A DNA stretch of 59,234 nt, filler included. It is 6 parts of 6 records of this genome, joined end to end, with 100 filler letters (N's around TTAATTAATTAA, not from the genome) between each part and the next. Parts side by side here need not be neighbours in the genome. Positions count along the whole stretch, not along the records: positions 19,581 to 25,245 come from SRR31156797_32956; positions 25,346 to 34,805 come from SRR31156797_32958; 4 more parts are not named here. One strand, 5' to 3'. Every line of letters begins with the position of its first letter. Position 1 is the first letter of the stretch. Positions 20,927 through 30,950 of this stretch are shown here, in pieces. Under the pieces are notes generated by a model. It saw only the letters and a list, made by a program, of their open reading frames with translations, was not told the origin of the DNA and made no database searches. The position numbers were made by a program, and so were the translations under genes.

Positions 20927-22608
20927 TTCGGAACAATAATAGAATTGTTAAGATTTTTCTTCGTCACAGCCTTCCCCTTGTCGTCGTTGTTCTTCTTTTA
21001 GGAGGAGGTGCCATGAGTGTCAGCTTCAACTTTATACGCAGTAACGCCCTGTCGCAGATGCAACAGACTCTGGGACAGGTTGAAAGCTATTATGATGTGA
21101 TACTCAATGAAATTGATGGTTTAAGCCTTATGTTTCGCACCAATCCGTCTATTATGTTGAGATTGAGACAGGCTTTTTCTGATAATGGCAATCTGAATCT
21201 GGACAGTTACAGAGAGATCAAGCTGATCCGTTCTTTCCTGGAGGCACCTGCTAATGCTCGCCCTTATATCCAGACAATTTATGTCTATCTGGAGAATCCA
21301 CAGCAGATCGTGTTCTCTTCCAAGCAAGCCTTCACCTCCCTTTCCCATCTCTACGATAACACCTGGTTTTCTAGCTATCAGGATCTATCAACTCAGGAGA
21401 ATGAATCCTATCTTGTTATTCCAGAAAATAAGATTTCCGGAAATGAGGAACTGATTCGTATACTTAGTCCGATTACGAGTCAGGAGAATTCGCGGATCGG
21501 AGTTATTATTTTAGATATAGACAAAGATACTCTTGCCAGCGCTTATGAACTAAAAGATGGTGAAAGCCTAACTGTCCGTAACCGTAAGGGTGAAATCCTT
21601 TTTATTCAGGACTCTAAAATCAGATCTCACTATGATGATAGGGATATGCTCTTTTTTTCATCTAGTTCGGGAAAATATGGATGGGAATATACTCTCTCTG
21701 TTTATAAACCAACGCTCTACAGACTCTCCCGAACCCTTTTTTATATGACTGGAGCGCTGACCCTGTCGGCACTGCTTTTGGGTCTCTACCTCACCCACAG
21801 AACAAATCATCGGGAGCGTGTATTTATCTCTAACGTTATGAATCAGCTGAAGCAGGTTTCGGATTCCGAACTCAGTACGGAAAAAATAGAAAACTACAGT
21901 AATGTCTTCGATTACTTGAATCATCATGTAATCAGAACCTTTCTGGAACAGGACTACCTGCGGTGGCAGAAGGAAGCCATTGAATACAGAGCTCTCCAAA
22001 TGCAGATAAATCCCCATTTTCTATACAATACCCTTGATACAATCAACTGGAAGGCCATCAAACTCTCTGAGGGGGAAAACGACGTTTCTAGAATGATTCT
22101 TCTTCTCACAAAACTTTTAAAATATTCTCTTCAGTATGATGATTTTTCTGGAGTTCCTCTCTCCAAGGAACTAGAAATGGCCAGATATTACCTATCCCTT
22201 CAGGAAATCAGGTTCAAGGATAGGTTTAGTTATGCAGAAACCATTGATCCCGGTCTCTTGGACGTAAAGGTTCCTGGCCTTCTTCTACAACCCATCCTTG
22301 AGAACGCATTCAATCATGGTTTCGTAGAAAATCAGATTTTATCCATATCGCTCATTGTTTCGGAAGTAACAGAAGAAGGAAAAATTAGAATTGAGATTGC
22401 CGATAATGGAAAAAAGATGACCAATCCTGAAATCCTGTCAATCAATGAATCCATTGGAGATGCTCTGAATAAGAAAAGTTCTCTGGGACTGATGAATATA
22501 AAAAAAAGACTAACCCTACTGACCAGAGACTCCTCTCCGCTTTATGTTTCCAGTGGAGAGGAGTCTGGTGTAAAAGTTACAATTGAATTGCCTCTCGAAA
22601 GAAGCTAA
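20923..22608 (+). CDS. Sensor histidine kinase (YesM/LytS type)
   Basis: Two TM segments, LQ.QINPHFLYNTL, LQPILENA..HG, DNG, LGL.NI..RL. Overlaps the regulator stop (ATGA). Confidence 0.93.
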   Translation: MIRNNNRIVKIFLRHSLPLVVVVLLLGGGAMSVSFNFIRSNALSQMQQTLGQVESYYDVILNEIDGLSLMFRTNPSIMLRLRQAFSDNGNLNLDSYREIKLIRSFLEAPANARPYIQTIYVYLENPQQIVFSSKQAFTSLSHLYDNTWFSSYQDLSTQENESYLVIPENKISGNEELIRILSPITSQENSRIGVIILDIDKDTLASAYELKDGESLTVRNRKGEILFIQDSKIRSHYDDRDMLFFSSSSGKYGWEYTLSVYKPTLYRLSRTLFYMTGALTLSALLLGLYLTHRTNHRERVFISNVMNQLKQVSDSELSTEKIENYSNVFDYLNHHVIRTFLEQDYLRWQKEAIEYRALQMQINPHFLYNTLDTINWKAIKLSEGENDVSRMILLLTKLLKYSLQYDDFSGVPLSKELEMARYYLSLQEIRFKDRFSYAETIDPGLLDVKVPGLLLQPILENAFNHGFVENQILSISLIVSEVTEEGKIRIEIADNGKKMTNPEILSINESIGDALNKKSSLGLMNIKKRLTLLTRDSSPLYVSSGEESGVKVTIELPLERS

Positions 22609-22614
22609 TTTGTT

Positions 22615-23460
22615 TTATCCTTTCATTCCCGTTGTGGCGATTCCTGTGACAAAGTATTTCTGTGCCGCAAAGAAAACAATGACAGGGGGAAGAATGCAGA
22701 CAAGGCTCATCGCCATTATCTGATTCCAGTCGAACTCGGTGGAAATATCCATAGTCATTCTCAAACCAAGAGCAACGGGATACTTGGCTACACTACTTAT
22801 ATAAATAAGTACGTTCAGGAAATCGTTCCAGGTCCATACGAATTGGAAAACGACAACCGAAAATATAGCTGATTTGCATAGGGGAAGCAGGAGTCTAGTA
22901 AGAATAGTGAAACTGTTGCATCCGTCCAGTTTGCCTGATTCGTCAATTTCGAGTGGCAATCCTCTGATAAACTGCACCATCATGAAATTGAAAAAGGGAA
23001 AGCAGCCCAGCATAGCTGGTACGATAAATGGCAAATATGAGTCTAGCCAGCCCAGATGCTTGAAAAAGATATATCTGGGAATGATGATAACTGTAGCCGG
23101 AAGCATCAATGTTGAAAGCATCAGTGCAAAGAGAGTCTTCTTAAGAGGAAAATCAAACCGGGCGAAACCGTAGCCGATCAGAACTGATGAGAAGGAAGTT
23201 AAAAGAACAGTCGGAATGACCATGAGGAAGGTATTTACCATAAATGTGGAAAATCCGTATTGTCCAGTTCCTTTCCAGCCTGCTTTGAATGCACCAGAAA
23301 CAGGGTGCTTGGGGACAAGGCTGAGAGTTCCGAAGATTTCATCGTTGCTCTTGAATGAAGCCCCGATTACCCACAGAAGAGGATACATCATGATATATGC
23401 CAAGATGATAAGAAAAGCATAAGAGATTATTTTAGTGAGCATATTTTTATTTATGGTCAT
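22615..23460 (-). CDS. Carbohydrate ABC transporter permease (MalG/YesQ-like)
   Basis: YGFARFDF, EAA-like loop E.DESGKLDG, WNDFL. Confidence 0.93.
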   Translation of the reverse strand: MTINKNMLTKIISYAFLIILAYIMMYPLLWVIGASFKSNDEIFGTLSLVPKHPVSGAFKAGWKGTGQYGFSTFMVNTFLMVIPTVLLTSFSSVLIGYGFARFDFPLKKTLFALMLSTLMLPATVIIIPRYIFFKHLGWLDSYLPFIVPAMLGCFPFFNFMMVQFIRGLPLEIDESGKLDGCNSFTILTRLLLPLCKSAIFSVVVFQFVWTWNDFLNVLIYISSVAKYPVALGLRMTMDISTEFDWNQIMAMSLVCILPPVIVFFAAQKYFVTGIATTGMKG

Positions 23461-24341
23461 TTAGAGTCTCCATAGTGAACCCAAGACTGGGATGAACGGA
23501 ATGTCAGACTAGTAAAAACCATGATGATGACAAAAAGAATCCATGACAGAGCCGATGCATAACCCATCTTAAAGTACTTAAAGCCCTTGTCGTAGAGCAT
23601 AAGTCCGTAGAGATATGTTGACTTGAGAGGTCCCCCCTGGGTGATGACATAGGCACTGGTAAAGTCCTGGAATGCATTGATCATCTGCATGACAAGATTG
23701 AACAGTACGATAGGACTGAGTTCTGGTACTGTTATTTTCCAGAAAATCCTAGCTCTGCCGGCTCCATCTATACGGGCTGCTTCATAAAGGCTAACGGGAA
23801 TTTGCTTTAAGCCTGCCAAAAAGAGGAGCATAGAAGAACCGAACTGCCATACAGTAACGAGGCTAATTGTTCCCAGGGCATATCTGGGGTCTCCAAGCCA
23901 GTCCAAACGTGGAATACCTACGACTGACAATGCTTTATTGACAATCCCCTGGTTCATGAAGAGATACTTCCAAAGGACACTGACAGCAACACTTCCACCG
24001 AGAATGGACGGTATATAATAAAGAGTTCTGAATAAATTGATCCCCTTGATCTTCTGATTGAGAAGAATTGCAATGAACAGTGAAAAAGCAATTTTTAGAG
24101 GAACTGCAATCAGTACATATATGAAGGTAACCCTGAGAGACTTCAAGAAAGTCATATCGGCTGTGAATATCTTTTTGTAATTGGCTAGTCCTAGGAATTT
24201 AGAATTTCCTAAAAGTTGGAAATCTGTAAAAGAATAATATAATGAATTAATCAAAGGAATTAGCTGAAGGAGCAGGAAACCGATAATCCAGGGTAGAATA
24301 TACAAATATCCTGTATAATTATATTTTGTAGATGACTTCAT
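23457..24341 (-). CDS. Carbohydrate ABC transporter permease (MalF/YesP-like)
   Basis: SLYYSFTDF, GL.NY, FRT.YYIPS, LYEAARIDGA, GYASA. Confidence 0.93.
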   Translation of the reverse strand: MKSSTKYNYTGYLYILPWIIGFLLLQLIPLINSLYYSFTDFQLLGNSKFLGLANYKKIFTADMTFLKSLRVTFIYVLIAVPLKIAFSLFIAILLNQKIKGINLFRTLYYIPSILGGSVAVSVLWKYLFMNQGIVNKALSVVGIPRLDWLGDPRYALGTISLVTVWQFGSSMLLFLAGLKQIPVSLYEAARIDGAGRARIFWKITVPELSPIVLFNLVMQMINAFQDFTSAYVITQGGPLKSTYLYGLMLYDKGFKYFKMGYASALSWILFVIIMVFTSLTFRSSQSWVHYGDSK

Positions 24342-24361
24342 TGAATTTCCTATTGGTCACT

Positions 24362-24391
24362 TACACCAACCGACGCAAGCCAGTTGGTGTG
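24362..24391 (-). other. Intercistronic stem-loop after the substrate-binding gene
   Basis: ACACCAAC...GTTGGTGT inverted repeat between the SBP and permease genes. Confidence 0.5.
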
Positions 24392-24401
24392 AGTTATTTA
24401 T

Positions 24402-25244
24402 TTACATATCTGCAAGAGTGGCTTTCAAACTGGTGATCATCTTTTTCGATGCTTCTTCGGGTGTTAATTGGCCGAATCCAAATTCATCAATGATGTCCTG
24501 CATAGTCTGTATTACTTCACTGTTTGCTTGATAAGTACTCTGTGGTTTTCCTGCCTGGGCACTGCCTTCATTGGTCGCAATTTCAGACATGGAAGATATA
24601 GCACCCTTTTCCGCAAGTACACTCCGTCCGATTGTTGTGGGAGGAATGCCTCTAGAAGTACCTAGTATAGTCAGAGCGTTGGGATCGGTGAACAGATATT
24701 TAAGAACCTTCTGAGCTTCTGTTTTATTCTTTGAATAGTTGTTAATGACAAAGATCTGGGATGGCCTCATCAGGACACCTGTATCAACAGAAATGTCCAT
24801 AACGGGGAGTTGTCTTGTTTCAAAGGACTTACGAGAGCCGATGTCCTTATTCATAGAGCTAACCCAGTCCCAGGCAGAAGCCATTTTGCTATTGAGCCAA
24901 CTGGGATTTTCTTGGAACTTCTGAACAAACAAAGAAGTCTGGCTGAATGGAGCAATAACACCTTCATCGATCCAACGTTGAAAGTAGGTAAATGCCTGGA
25001 TACCTTGCTCTTCGGTGAAAGCAATATTCTTGTTATTGTCAACGACACCCCCGGCAAGCTGAGCCATGTAGACTTCAAACCAATAGCGCATAATGTCTGG
25101 AGTTGCACTGCTGAAATAGTTGTCGGTATCTTGTTCATGGATCTTCTTGCCTTCAGTGATAATGTTTTCCCAAGTCCATTTTGTATTGGGATCAATACCA
25201 GCATTAGCAAGCATCTGAGTATCAACGATAAAGGTGTTAACATT
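24402..25244 (-). CDS. Carbohydrate ABC substrate-binding protein, 5'-truncated (YesO/TogB-like)
   Basis: WTWE, RPSQ and LGT.RGIP motifs, C-terminal TPEEA. Upstream of two permeases, and the frame is open to the contig edge. Confidence 0.85.
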   Translation of the reverse strand, partial: NVNTFIVDTQMLANAGIDPNTKWTWENIITEGKKIHEQDTDNYFSSATPDIMRYWFEVYMAQLAGGVVDNNKNIAFTEEQGIQAFTYFQRWIDEGVIAPFSQTSLFVQKFQENPSWLNSKMASAWDWVSSMNKDIGSRKSFETRQLPVMDISVDTGVLMRPSQIFVINNYSKNKTEAQKVLKYLFTDPNALTILGTSRGIPPTTIGRSVLAEKGAISSMSEIATNEGSAQAGKPQSTYQANSEVIQTMQDIIDEFGFGQLTPEEASKKMITSLKATLADM

Positions 25245-25245
25245 G

Positions 25246-25345
25246 NNNNNNNNNNNNNNNNNNNNNNNNNNNNNNNNNNNNNNNNNNNNTTAATTAATTA
25301 ANNNNNNNNNNNNNNNNNNNNNNNNNNNNNNNNNNNNNNNNNNNN
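25246..25345. other. Artificial contig spacer
   Basis: 44 N + TTAATTAATTAA + 44 N. Confidence 0.97.
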
Positions 25346-25346
25346 G

Positions 25347-25754
25347 TCTCCGTGGATCATGCATTTTGACTGCGGTAGCTGTAACGGCTGCGACATCGAG
25401 GTTCTGGCTTGCCTGACACCACTGTACGATGTGGAGCGGTTTGGCATTATCAACGTCGGTAACCCCAAGCACGCTGATGTGTTGCTGGTTACCGGTACTG
25501 TTAACCATCGGAATAAGAAGGTGCTCAAGAATCTGTATGATCAGATGCCTGAGCCCAAGGCTGTCATCGCTATCGGCGCATGCGGCAATACTGGTGGTGT
25601 GTTCCGCGAGGCCTACAATGTTGTCGGCGGCGTGGACAAGGTCATCCCGGTGGACGTGTATGTTCCCGGTTGTCCGGCAAAACCCGAAGCCATCATCGAC
25701 GGTGTTGTCGCAGGGCTGGCCAAGTTTGCGCAAAAAGTGGAAGAAGCCGAATAG
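25347..25754 (+). CDS. echC: Ech hydrogenase small subunit (5'-truncated)
   Basis: SPW..HFDCGSCNGCDIE, NPKHAD, GACG..GG, VPGCP. Confidence 0.93.
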   Translation, partial: SPWIMHFDCGSCNGCDIEVLACLTPLYDVERFGIINVGNPKHADVLLVTGTVNHRNKKVLKNLYDQMPEPKAVIAIGACGNTGGVFREAYNVVGGVDKVIPVDVYVPGCPAKPEAIIDGVVAGLAKFAQKVEEAE

Positions 25755-25775
25755 GCGTGTCCACAGAGGTATAAT

Positions 25776-26144
25776 ATGAAAGGTACTATAATTGACGTGA
25801 CCATCGACAATGTTGTCGGCGAGGTCATGAATATGAAGAACGACGGCCAACGGTTCGTCACGCTTTCCACTTATCAGGAAGGCGAGGGCAGGCTCGGTAT
25901 CCTTTATCACTTCGATAAGGAGTATGAGGATACCCATCTGCGGATGACTGTCGATATGAAAAAGCCCATTCCCAGCGTTTCCGGTGTCTACTTTGGCGCC
26001 ATGCTGGTGGAAAATGAAATCCGTGACCAGTGGGACGTGAAGTTCGACGGCATGGTTCTTGACTTTAACCGTACACTCCTTCTTGATCCCGAGGTCACAC
26101 AGGTTCCCCTGGTGTCCAACGTCAAGATCGAGCCGAAAAAATAG
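25776..26144 (+). CDS. echD: Ech hydrogenase subunit D (NuoC-like)
   Basis: ILYHFD, IPSVS.VY..A.L.ENE..D. Lies between echC and echE. Confidence 0.9.
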   Translation: MKGTIIDVTIDNVVGEVMNMKNDGQRFVTLSTYQEGEGRLGILYHFDKEYEDTHLRMTVDMKKPIPSVSGVYFGAMLVENEIRDQWDVKFDGMVLDFNRTLLLDPEVTQVPLVSNVKIEPKK

Positions 26145-26153
26145 GGGGCTGAA

Positions 26154-27233
26154 ATGGCTACTACCGTAATTCCCTTCGGCCCGCAGCATCCCGTTCTCCC
26201 CGAGCCGATTCATTTGACGCTCAAGGTTGAGGACGAAATCGTCAAAGAAGCTGTCCCGGCACTGGGCTACGTTCACCGTGGTCTGGAAAAGCTGGCAGAT
26301 ATCCGCGACTTCCATCAGATGATCACCGTGTGCGAACGCGTGTGCGGCATCTGCTCCATGATTCACGGTACCTGCTATTCGCAGTGCATCGAAGAACTTA
26401 TGGAACTTGAAGTCCCGGCCCGCGCTAAAATGTTGCGCGTTATCTGGAGTGAGCTTCACCGTATGCATTCTCATCTGCTTTGGCTGGGTCTGTTCGCCGA
26501 TGCTTTCGGCTTTGAGTCCCTGTTCATGCAGTTCTGGAAGGTGCGTGAGCGCATCATGGACATCAACGAGGCCACTGCTGGTAGCCGCGTTATCGTGTCC
26601 GTCAACGTTATTGGTGGCGTTCGTGCCGACCTTTCTCCCGAGCAGATCCGCTGGATTCTTTCCGAGCTGGAAATCGTGGAGAAAGAAGTCAAGGCCATGC
26701 AGGACACCATTATGAACGACTACTCGGTTAAGTCTCGTACCGTTGGTATCGGCTACATGTCCAAAGAGGACGCTTATGTCCTTGGTGCTGCCGGTCCGAC
26801 CCTGCGTGGTTCCGGTGTCGCATCCGACATGCGCATGATTGGTTACGGCGCATACTCCGAGTTGGATTTCGAGCCTGTTATCGAGACTTCCGGTGATTGC
26901 TGGGCTCGTTCCACCGTTCGTTTCCGTGAAGTAATTCAGTCCATTGATCTGGTCCGTCAGGCCGTCAGCAAGTTGCCTGAGGGTGACATTGCCACCAAGG
27001 TCAAGGGCAACCCGCCGGAAGGCGAGGTCTACATGCGCGTGGAACAACCGCGCGGTGAGTGCGTCTATTACATTAAGGGCAATGGTACCAAGCATCTGGA
27101 TCGGTTGCGTATCCGCACACCGACATTTGCCAATATCCCGCCGCTCCTGCACATGTTGCCGGGTTGTGAACTGGCCGACGTGCCGGTTATCGTCCTGGCC
27201 ATTGACCCGTGCATCAGCTGCACCGAACGCTAG
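26154..27233 (+). CDS. echE: Ech [NiFe] hydrogenase large subunit (group 4)
   Basis: PFGPQHP, GYVHRG.EK, L1 motif ERVCGIC, L2 motif DPCISCTER at the C-terminus with no cleavable extension. Confidence 0.96.
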   Translation: MATTVIPFGPQHPVLPEPIHLTLKVEDEIVKEAVPALGYVHRGLEKLADIRDFHQMITVCERVCGICSMIHGTCYSQCIEELMELEVPARAKMLRVIWSELHRMHSHLLWLGLFADAFGFESLFMQFWKVRERIMDINEATAGSRVIVSVNVIGGVRADLSPEQIRWILSELEIVEKEVKAMQDTIMNDYSVKSRTVGIGYMSKEDAYVLGAAGPTLRGSGVASDMRMIGYGAYSELDFEPVIETSGDCWARSTVRFREVIQSIDLVRQAVSKLPEGDIATKVKGNPPEGEVYMRVEQPRGECVYYIKGNGTKHLDRLRIRTPTFANIPPLLHMLPGCELADVPVIVLAIDPCISCTER

Positions 27234-27243
27234 GAGAGTTGAC

Positions 27244-27675
27244 ATGCTGTTTACACCTACAGTCGTCAAGAACCTGTTGAAGAAACCCGCCACCCGTAAC
27301 TATCCGTTCGTGGTGCGCGATCCGTTTCCCAAGTATCGCGGTGAGCTTGTTATTGACATCGATAAGTGCATCTTCTGCGGCATGTGCTCACGCAAATGCC
27401 CTTGTCAGTGCATTACGGTTGATAAAACCACGGGTACTTGGTCCTGCGATCCTCATGAATGCATTACTTGCGGTTATTGCGTCGATGCATGCCCGACCAA
27501 ATGCCTGACCATGAAGGACACGCATCGCAAGCCCACGACCGAGAAGGTCACTTGGGTCGAGCATGGCACTCCGCCCAAGCCGAAAAAGAAGAAAGCCGCT
27601 CCCGCTACGGAAGCTGCTCCCAAGGTGGAAAAGGCTGAAAAGAAGCCTGAAGCCAAGAAGGCCGACAAGAAATAG
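27244..27675 (+). CDS. echF: Ech ferredoxin-like subunit, 2x[4Fe-4S]
   Basis: ATG at 27244 after GGAGA. CIFCGMCSRKCP and CITCGYCVDACP. The ORF-track start at 26944 overlaps echE and is not used. Confidence 0.92.
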   Translation: MLFTPTVVKNLLKKPATRNYPFVVRDPFPKYRGELVIDIDKCIFCGMCSRKCPCQCITVDKTTGTWSCDPHECITCGYCVDACPTKCLTMKDTHRKPTTEKVTWVEHGTPPKPKKKKAAPATEAAPKVEKAEKKPEAKKADKK

Positions 27676-27694
27676 GTCTTCATCAGTGACAATT

Positions 27695-27729
27695 AAAAAA
27701 GCCCCGGCTCTTGAGTCGGGGCTTTTTTT
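27695..27729 (+). terminator. Intrinsic terminator of the ech operon
   Basis: AAAAAAGCCCCGGCTC-TT-GAGTCGGGGC-T7. Confidence 0.88.
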
Positions 27730-27858
27730 GTGGGGTGGGATTACACAGGGGCGTTGAATTCTCGTGTTGCTTAATTGACAGAGCCTCTTTACCGTCTCGT
27801 GAAAGTGGATGAAATTTATTGTCTATTTACTTGAACCAAAGAGTTTCACTGAACAATC

Positions 27859-28725
27859 ATGCAGGAATTACCATTTCTTCTCGTCATCCTCTCATCCATA
27901 GCGCATGGATATTGGAATTTTCTTCTGAAACGCGCACAGAATAAAGATGCCTTTCTCGGCTTGAGCAAAATGGCTGAACCGGTCATATATGCAATCCCGT
28001 TTGCCATAGCGGTGAGTGTCTGGGGGCTTGATCCGGCATCTCTTTGGTATGCGGGGGTGGGAACGTTGCTTTCTGTGGTGAATTATTTTTGTCTCGCCAA
28101 CAGTTATAAGCGACTTGATCTATCTATTGCGTATCCCGTGTCGCGTTCCAGCACTCTGTTTCTCCCGTTTCTGGCATACCTTATTTTTCAAGAAAGCATT
28201 GACGTCATAGGCTGGTGTTCAGTCTTTTTTGTCACAGTTGGTGTCCTTGTCGTTCAATTGAAGGATTTACGTTTTTCTTCCATCTCATGGAATCGTCAGT
28301 GTAGCAATTCAGGTTTGTTGTTTGCCCTTTTTGCGGCTTTTACCGTGGCATTGTATACTTTGTGGGGCAAAGAAGCTGTTCGGCATATTCATCCGTTTAT
28401 TTACATGTATTGCTACACGCTGGCTTCGTGTGCGTATTTTCTACCTTCTTTGCGACGGCTTGATCGACGTGTTGTCAAGGAGGAGTGGAGCCGGAACAAA
28501 TGGAGCATCCTTACTGTTTCTGTATTGAATACACTTTCATTTGTTCTCATGCTGATGGCTTTGAACATGGGAAAAGTTACCTATGTCGGGGCATTGCGGC
28601 AACTCAGTCTTGTGGTCGGTGTCGGGCTGGGATGGTTGGTTCTGCGTGAATCCTTATCACTGCCACGCGTGCTCGGTGTCTCCCTTATTGTAGTAGGGGC
28701 ATGTCTGACGTATATTGCGACATAA
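27859..28725 (+). CDS. EamA/DMT family transporter
   Basis: About 10 TM segments, H..WN.L.K, Y...DLS..YP..R, YV.ALR..S. Confidence 0.88.
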   Translation: MQELPFLLVILSSIAHGYWNFLLKRAQNKDAFLGLSKMAEPVIYAIPFAIAVSVWGLDPASLWYAGVGTLLSVVNYFCLANSYKRLDLSIAYPVSRSSTLFLPFLAYLIFQESIDVIGWCSVFFVTVGVLVVQLKDLRFSSISWNRQCSNSGLLFALFAAFTVALYTLWGKEAVRHIHPFIYMYCYTLASCAYFLPSLRRLDRRVVKEEWSRNKWSILTVSVLNTLSFVLMLMALNMGKVTYVGALRQLSLVVGVGLGWLVLRESLSLPRVLGVSLIVVGACLTYIAT

Positions 28726-28740
28726 GAAAACATTGTCTTG

Positions 28741-28784
28741 AATAAAAACGGCCCTGTTCATGAAGAAACAGGGCCGTTTTTATT
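28741..28784. terminator. Bidirectional terminator between eamA and mcp
   Basis: AATAAAAACGGCCCTGTT...AACAGGGCCGTTTTTATT. Confidence 0.88.
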
Positions 28785-28799
28785 GTGTGTTTATGCGGG

Positions 28800-30788
28800 T
28801 TAGAATCGTTCGAAGTCACCGTCATCTGGCTCATTCATGGCCAAGTCTATTCCGCCTGTTGTGGCGGGTGCTGGTGTTGCCTGGGGTAATTGTTTGGTTG
28901 GCTGCTGTTTCTTCACAGTGACTTTTGGCTGATGGAATGATGTTCCGCCTTGCTGCACCTTGAAGAAGGATATGATCTGTTGCAATCCGTGAGCTTGAGT
29001 GGCCAGATCCGTGGATGTTGCGGCCATTTCCTCTGAGGCTGCGGCATTTTGCTGAACCACATGGTCCAGTTGCTGGAGTGCCGTGTTGATTTGTTCGGCT
29101 CCACTATTTTGTTCGTTGCTGGCAACGGATATTTCTTGAATGAGTTCGGCTGTTTTTTCGATGTCCGGTACCATTTCCTTGAGCATTTCCCCTGCTTTGA
29201 CCGCCACTTCCACGCTGGAGGAGGACAATTCACTGATTTCGGCGGCAGACTGACCGCTTCGTTCCGCCAGTTTGCGGACTTCGGCGGCAACCACGGCGAA
29301 TCCTTTACCGTGTTCTCCGGCGCGGGCTGCTTCAATGGCAGCATTCAGAGCGAGAAGATTGGTTTGCCGTGCAATGTCTTCAATAATGGATATTTTTTCT
29401 GCGATTTCTTGCATTGCCGTCACTGTTTCCGTCACAGCCGCACCGCCTATACGGGCATTGTCCGATGCCCTGCTGGCAATGGATTCAGTTTCTCGAGCGT
29501 TGTGGGCGTTGGCTCGGATGTTGGACGCCATTTCTTCCATGGAGGAGGAAACTTCTTCTAGTGAAGCAGCTTGTTCAGTGGCTCCCTGTGACAATGATTG
29601 GGATGTGCCGGACAGTTCTTCGCTGCCGGAAGCCACTTTGGAACTGCCGTCAACAACTTGTCCTACAACATCGGAAAGCTTGTCGGACATGGTGTTCAGG
29701 GCGTTGAAAATATCACCGACGTCATCCTTGCGATCGGCCTTGACCCTGAGAGTGTAGTCGCCGCCTGAAGCGTGGGTCAGGACGTTGACGATTTCGGCCA
29801 GTGGCTTGATGAGCAGGCCGTTCATGTAAAACCATATGACTGCAGCGATGACAACCAAAGTCAGGAGTGAAAGGATTGTTGTATTAATGGCATTGGACCA
29901 GACCGGCGCCATGATCTCAGCGGTTTCGATGAGAGCGATGAATTTCCATTTGAGGACAGGAGAAGTATGGACAATAGCCATATACTGAGTCCCGTTGATG
30001 GCTCCTTCGGTGTCCCCATTTCCCAGAGCAAAAGCGTCTGTGTAAAGGGGGGCACCGAGTTCGTTAATGTTTTTGAAGTTGTTATCTGAGTTCTTGGGGT
30101 CGGCGATGACGACGCCGTCATCCTGTATCATCATAACATAGCCGGTCTCGCCAATTTTGACCTGCTCGATGAGTTTGGTGAGTTGCGACAGAGAAAGATC
30201 CATGGCAGCTACGCCCAGAATTTTGCCGTTTTCCTGAACGGCTTTTCCTGTACTGACCATGGCTTCACCAGTGGTAGAAACATATGCTTTGGAAATGGTG
30301 GGTTTATCAGGAGTGGCCGCAGCGGTTTTGTACCAAGGGCGTTGACGGGGGTCATATCCAGCTGGAAGCGGATCGCTGCCGCCAATGATGAAAGCCCCGT
30401 TGCTGGTACCGATGTAACAGTCCTTATAGCTTTTGTGGGACGTGAGGATCATTTTGTAGAAGCCGCGAATTTCCTTGCCGAGAATATCTTCAGGTATGGG
30501 GTCGACCGTGGGATATTCTTTGGTTTTGTCCAAATAGTTAGTCAGTATTTCATCCACACGGTGTGTGCGTGTATCTTCGGCCATCATAACAGTATTGTTG
30601 AGTGTCTCCTGCATGTACATGGAGATTGTGCCGTCAATGTGTTCAAGCTGTCCTGAAGCTGATGTTGTACTGTAATCTACAGAGTCATTGTAAATAGATG
30701 TGAGGCTCACCGTCAGGATTGCAGCACACAAAAGAATAAGGGATACGACAAAGGAAAGAAGAATTTTAGTTCTTACATTGATTTTCAT
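28800..30788 (-). CDS. Methyl-accepting chemotaxis protein (dCache-HAMP-MA)
   Basis: YDPRQRPWY dCache motif, two TM segments, [39 protein letters not shown]-terminal DFERF pentapeptide. Confidence 0.96.
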   Translation of the reverse strand: MKINVRTKILLSFVVSLILLCAAILTVSLTSIYNDSVDYSTTSASGQLEHIDGTISMYMQETLNNTVMMAEDTRTHRVDEILTNYLDKTKEYPTVDPIPEDILGKEIRGFYKMILTSHKSYKDCYIGTSNGAFIIGGSDPLPAGYDPRQRPWYKTAAATPDKPTISKAYVSTTGEAMVSTGKAVQENGKILGVAAMDLSLSQLTKLIEQVKIGETGYVMMIQDDGVVIADPKNSDNNFKNINELGAPLYTDAFALGNGDTEGAINGTQYMAIVHTSPVLKWKFIALIETAEIMAPVWSNAINTTILSLLTLVVIAAVIWFYMNGLLIKPLAEIVNVLTHASGGDYTLRVKADRKDDVGDIFNALNTMSDKLSDVVGQVVDGSSKVASGSEELSGTSQSLSQGATEQAASLEEVSSSMEEMASNIRANAHNARETESIASRASDNARIGGAAVTETVTAMQEIAEKISIIEDIARQTNLLALNAAIEAARAGEHGKGFAVVAAEVRKLAERSGQSAAEISELSSSSVEVAVKAGEMLKEMVPDIEKTAELIQEISVASNEQNSGAEQINTALQQLDHVVQQNAAASEEMAATSTDLATQAHGLQQIISFFKVQQGGTSFHQPKVTVKKQQPTKQLPQATPAPATTGGIDLAMNEPDDGDFERF

Positions 30789-30950
30789 AGACCACCTTCA
30801 TTGTCTTAACTGAATATGCTTATTGTGCCTGAATAAATATAGAGAGGTAAAATATTCTGCTATTATAATAATACGATATTATTCTTTATATCAATCTTCG
30901 ATTGAGGGTGCTTGGCTTGCCGGGGGAAATTGCGTAACGTGCCAATCCTT

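Noticed and set aside
26944-27243. N-terminal extension of EchF in the ORF track
   Set aside because: It overlaps echE out of frame. The RBS-supported start is 27244.
25290-27293. 667-aa minus-strand ORF
   Set aside because: Antisense shadow of echCDE that runs into the N spacer.
30930-30946. TGGCACG sigma54-like site upstream of the mcp gene (minus strand)
   Set aside because: GG-to-GC spacing is 8 nt, not the required 10.
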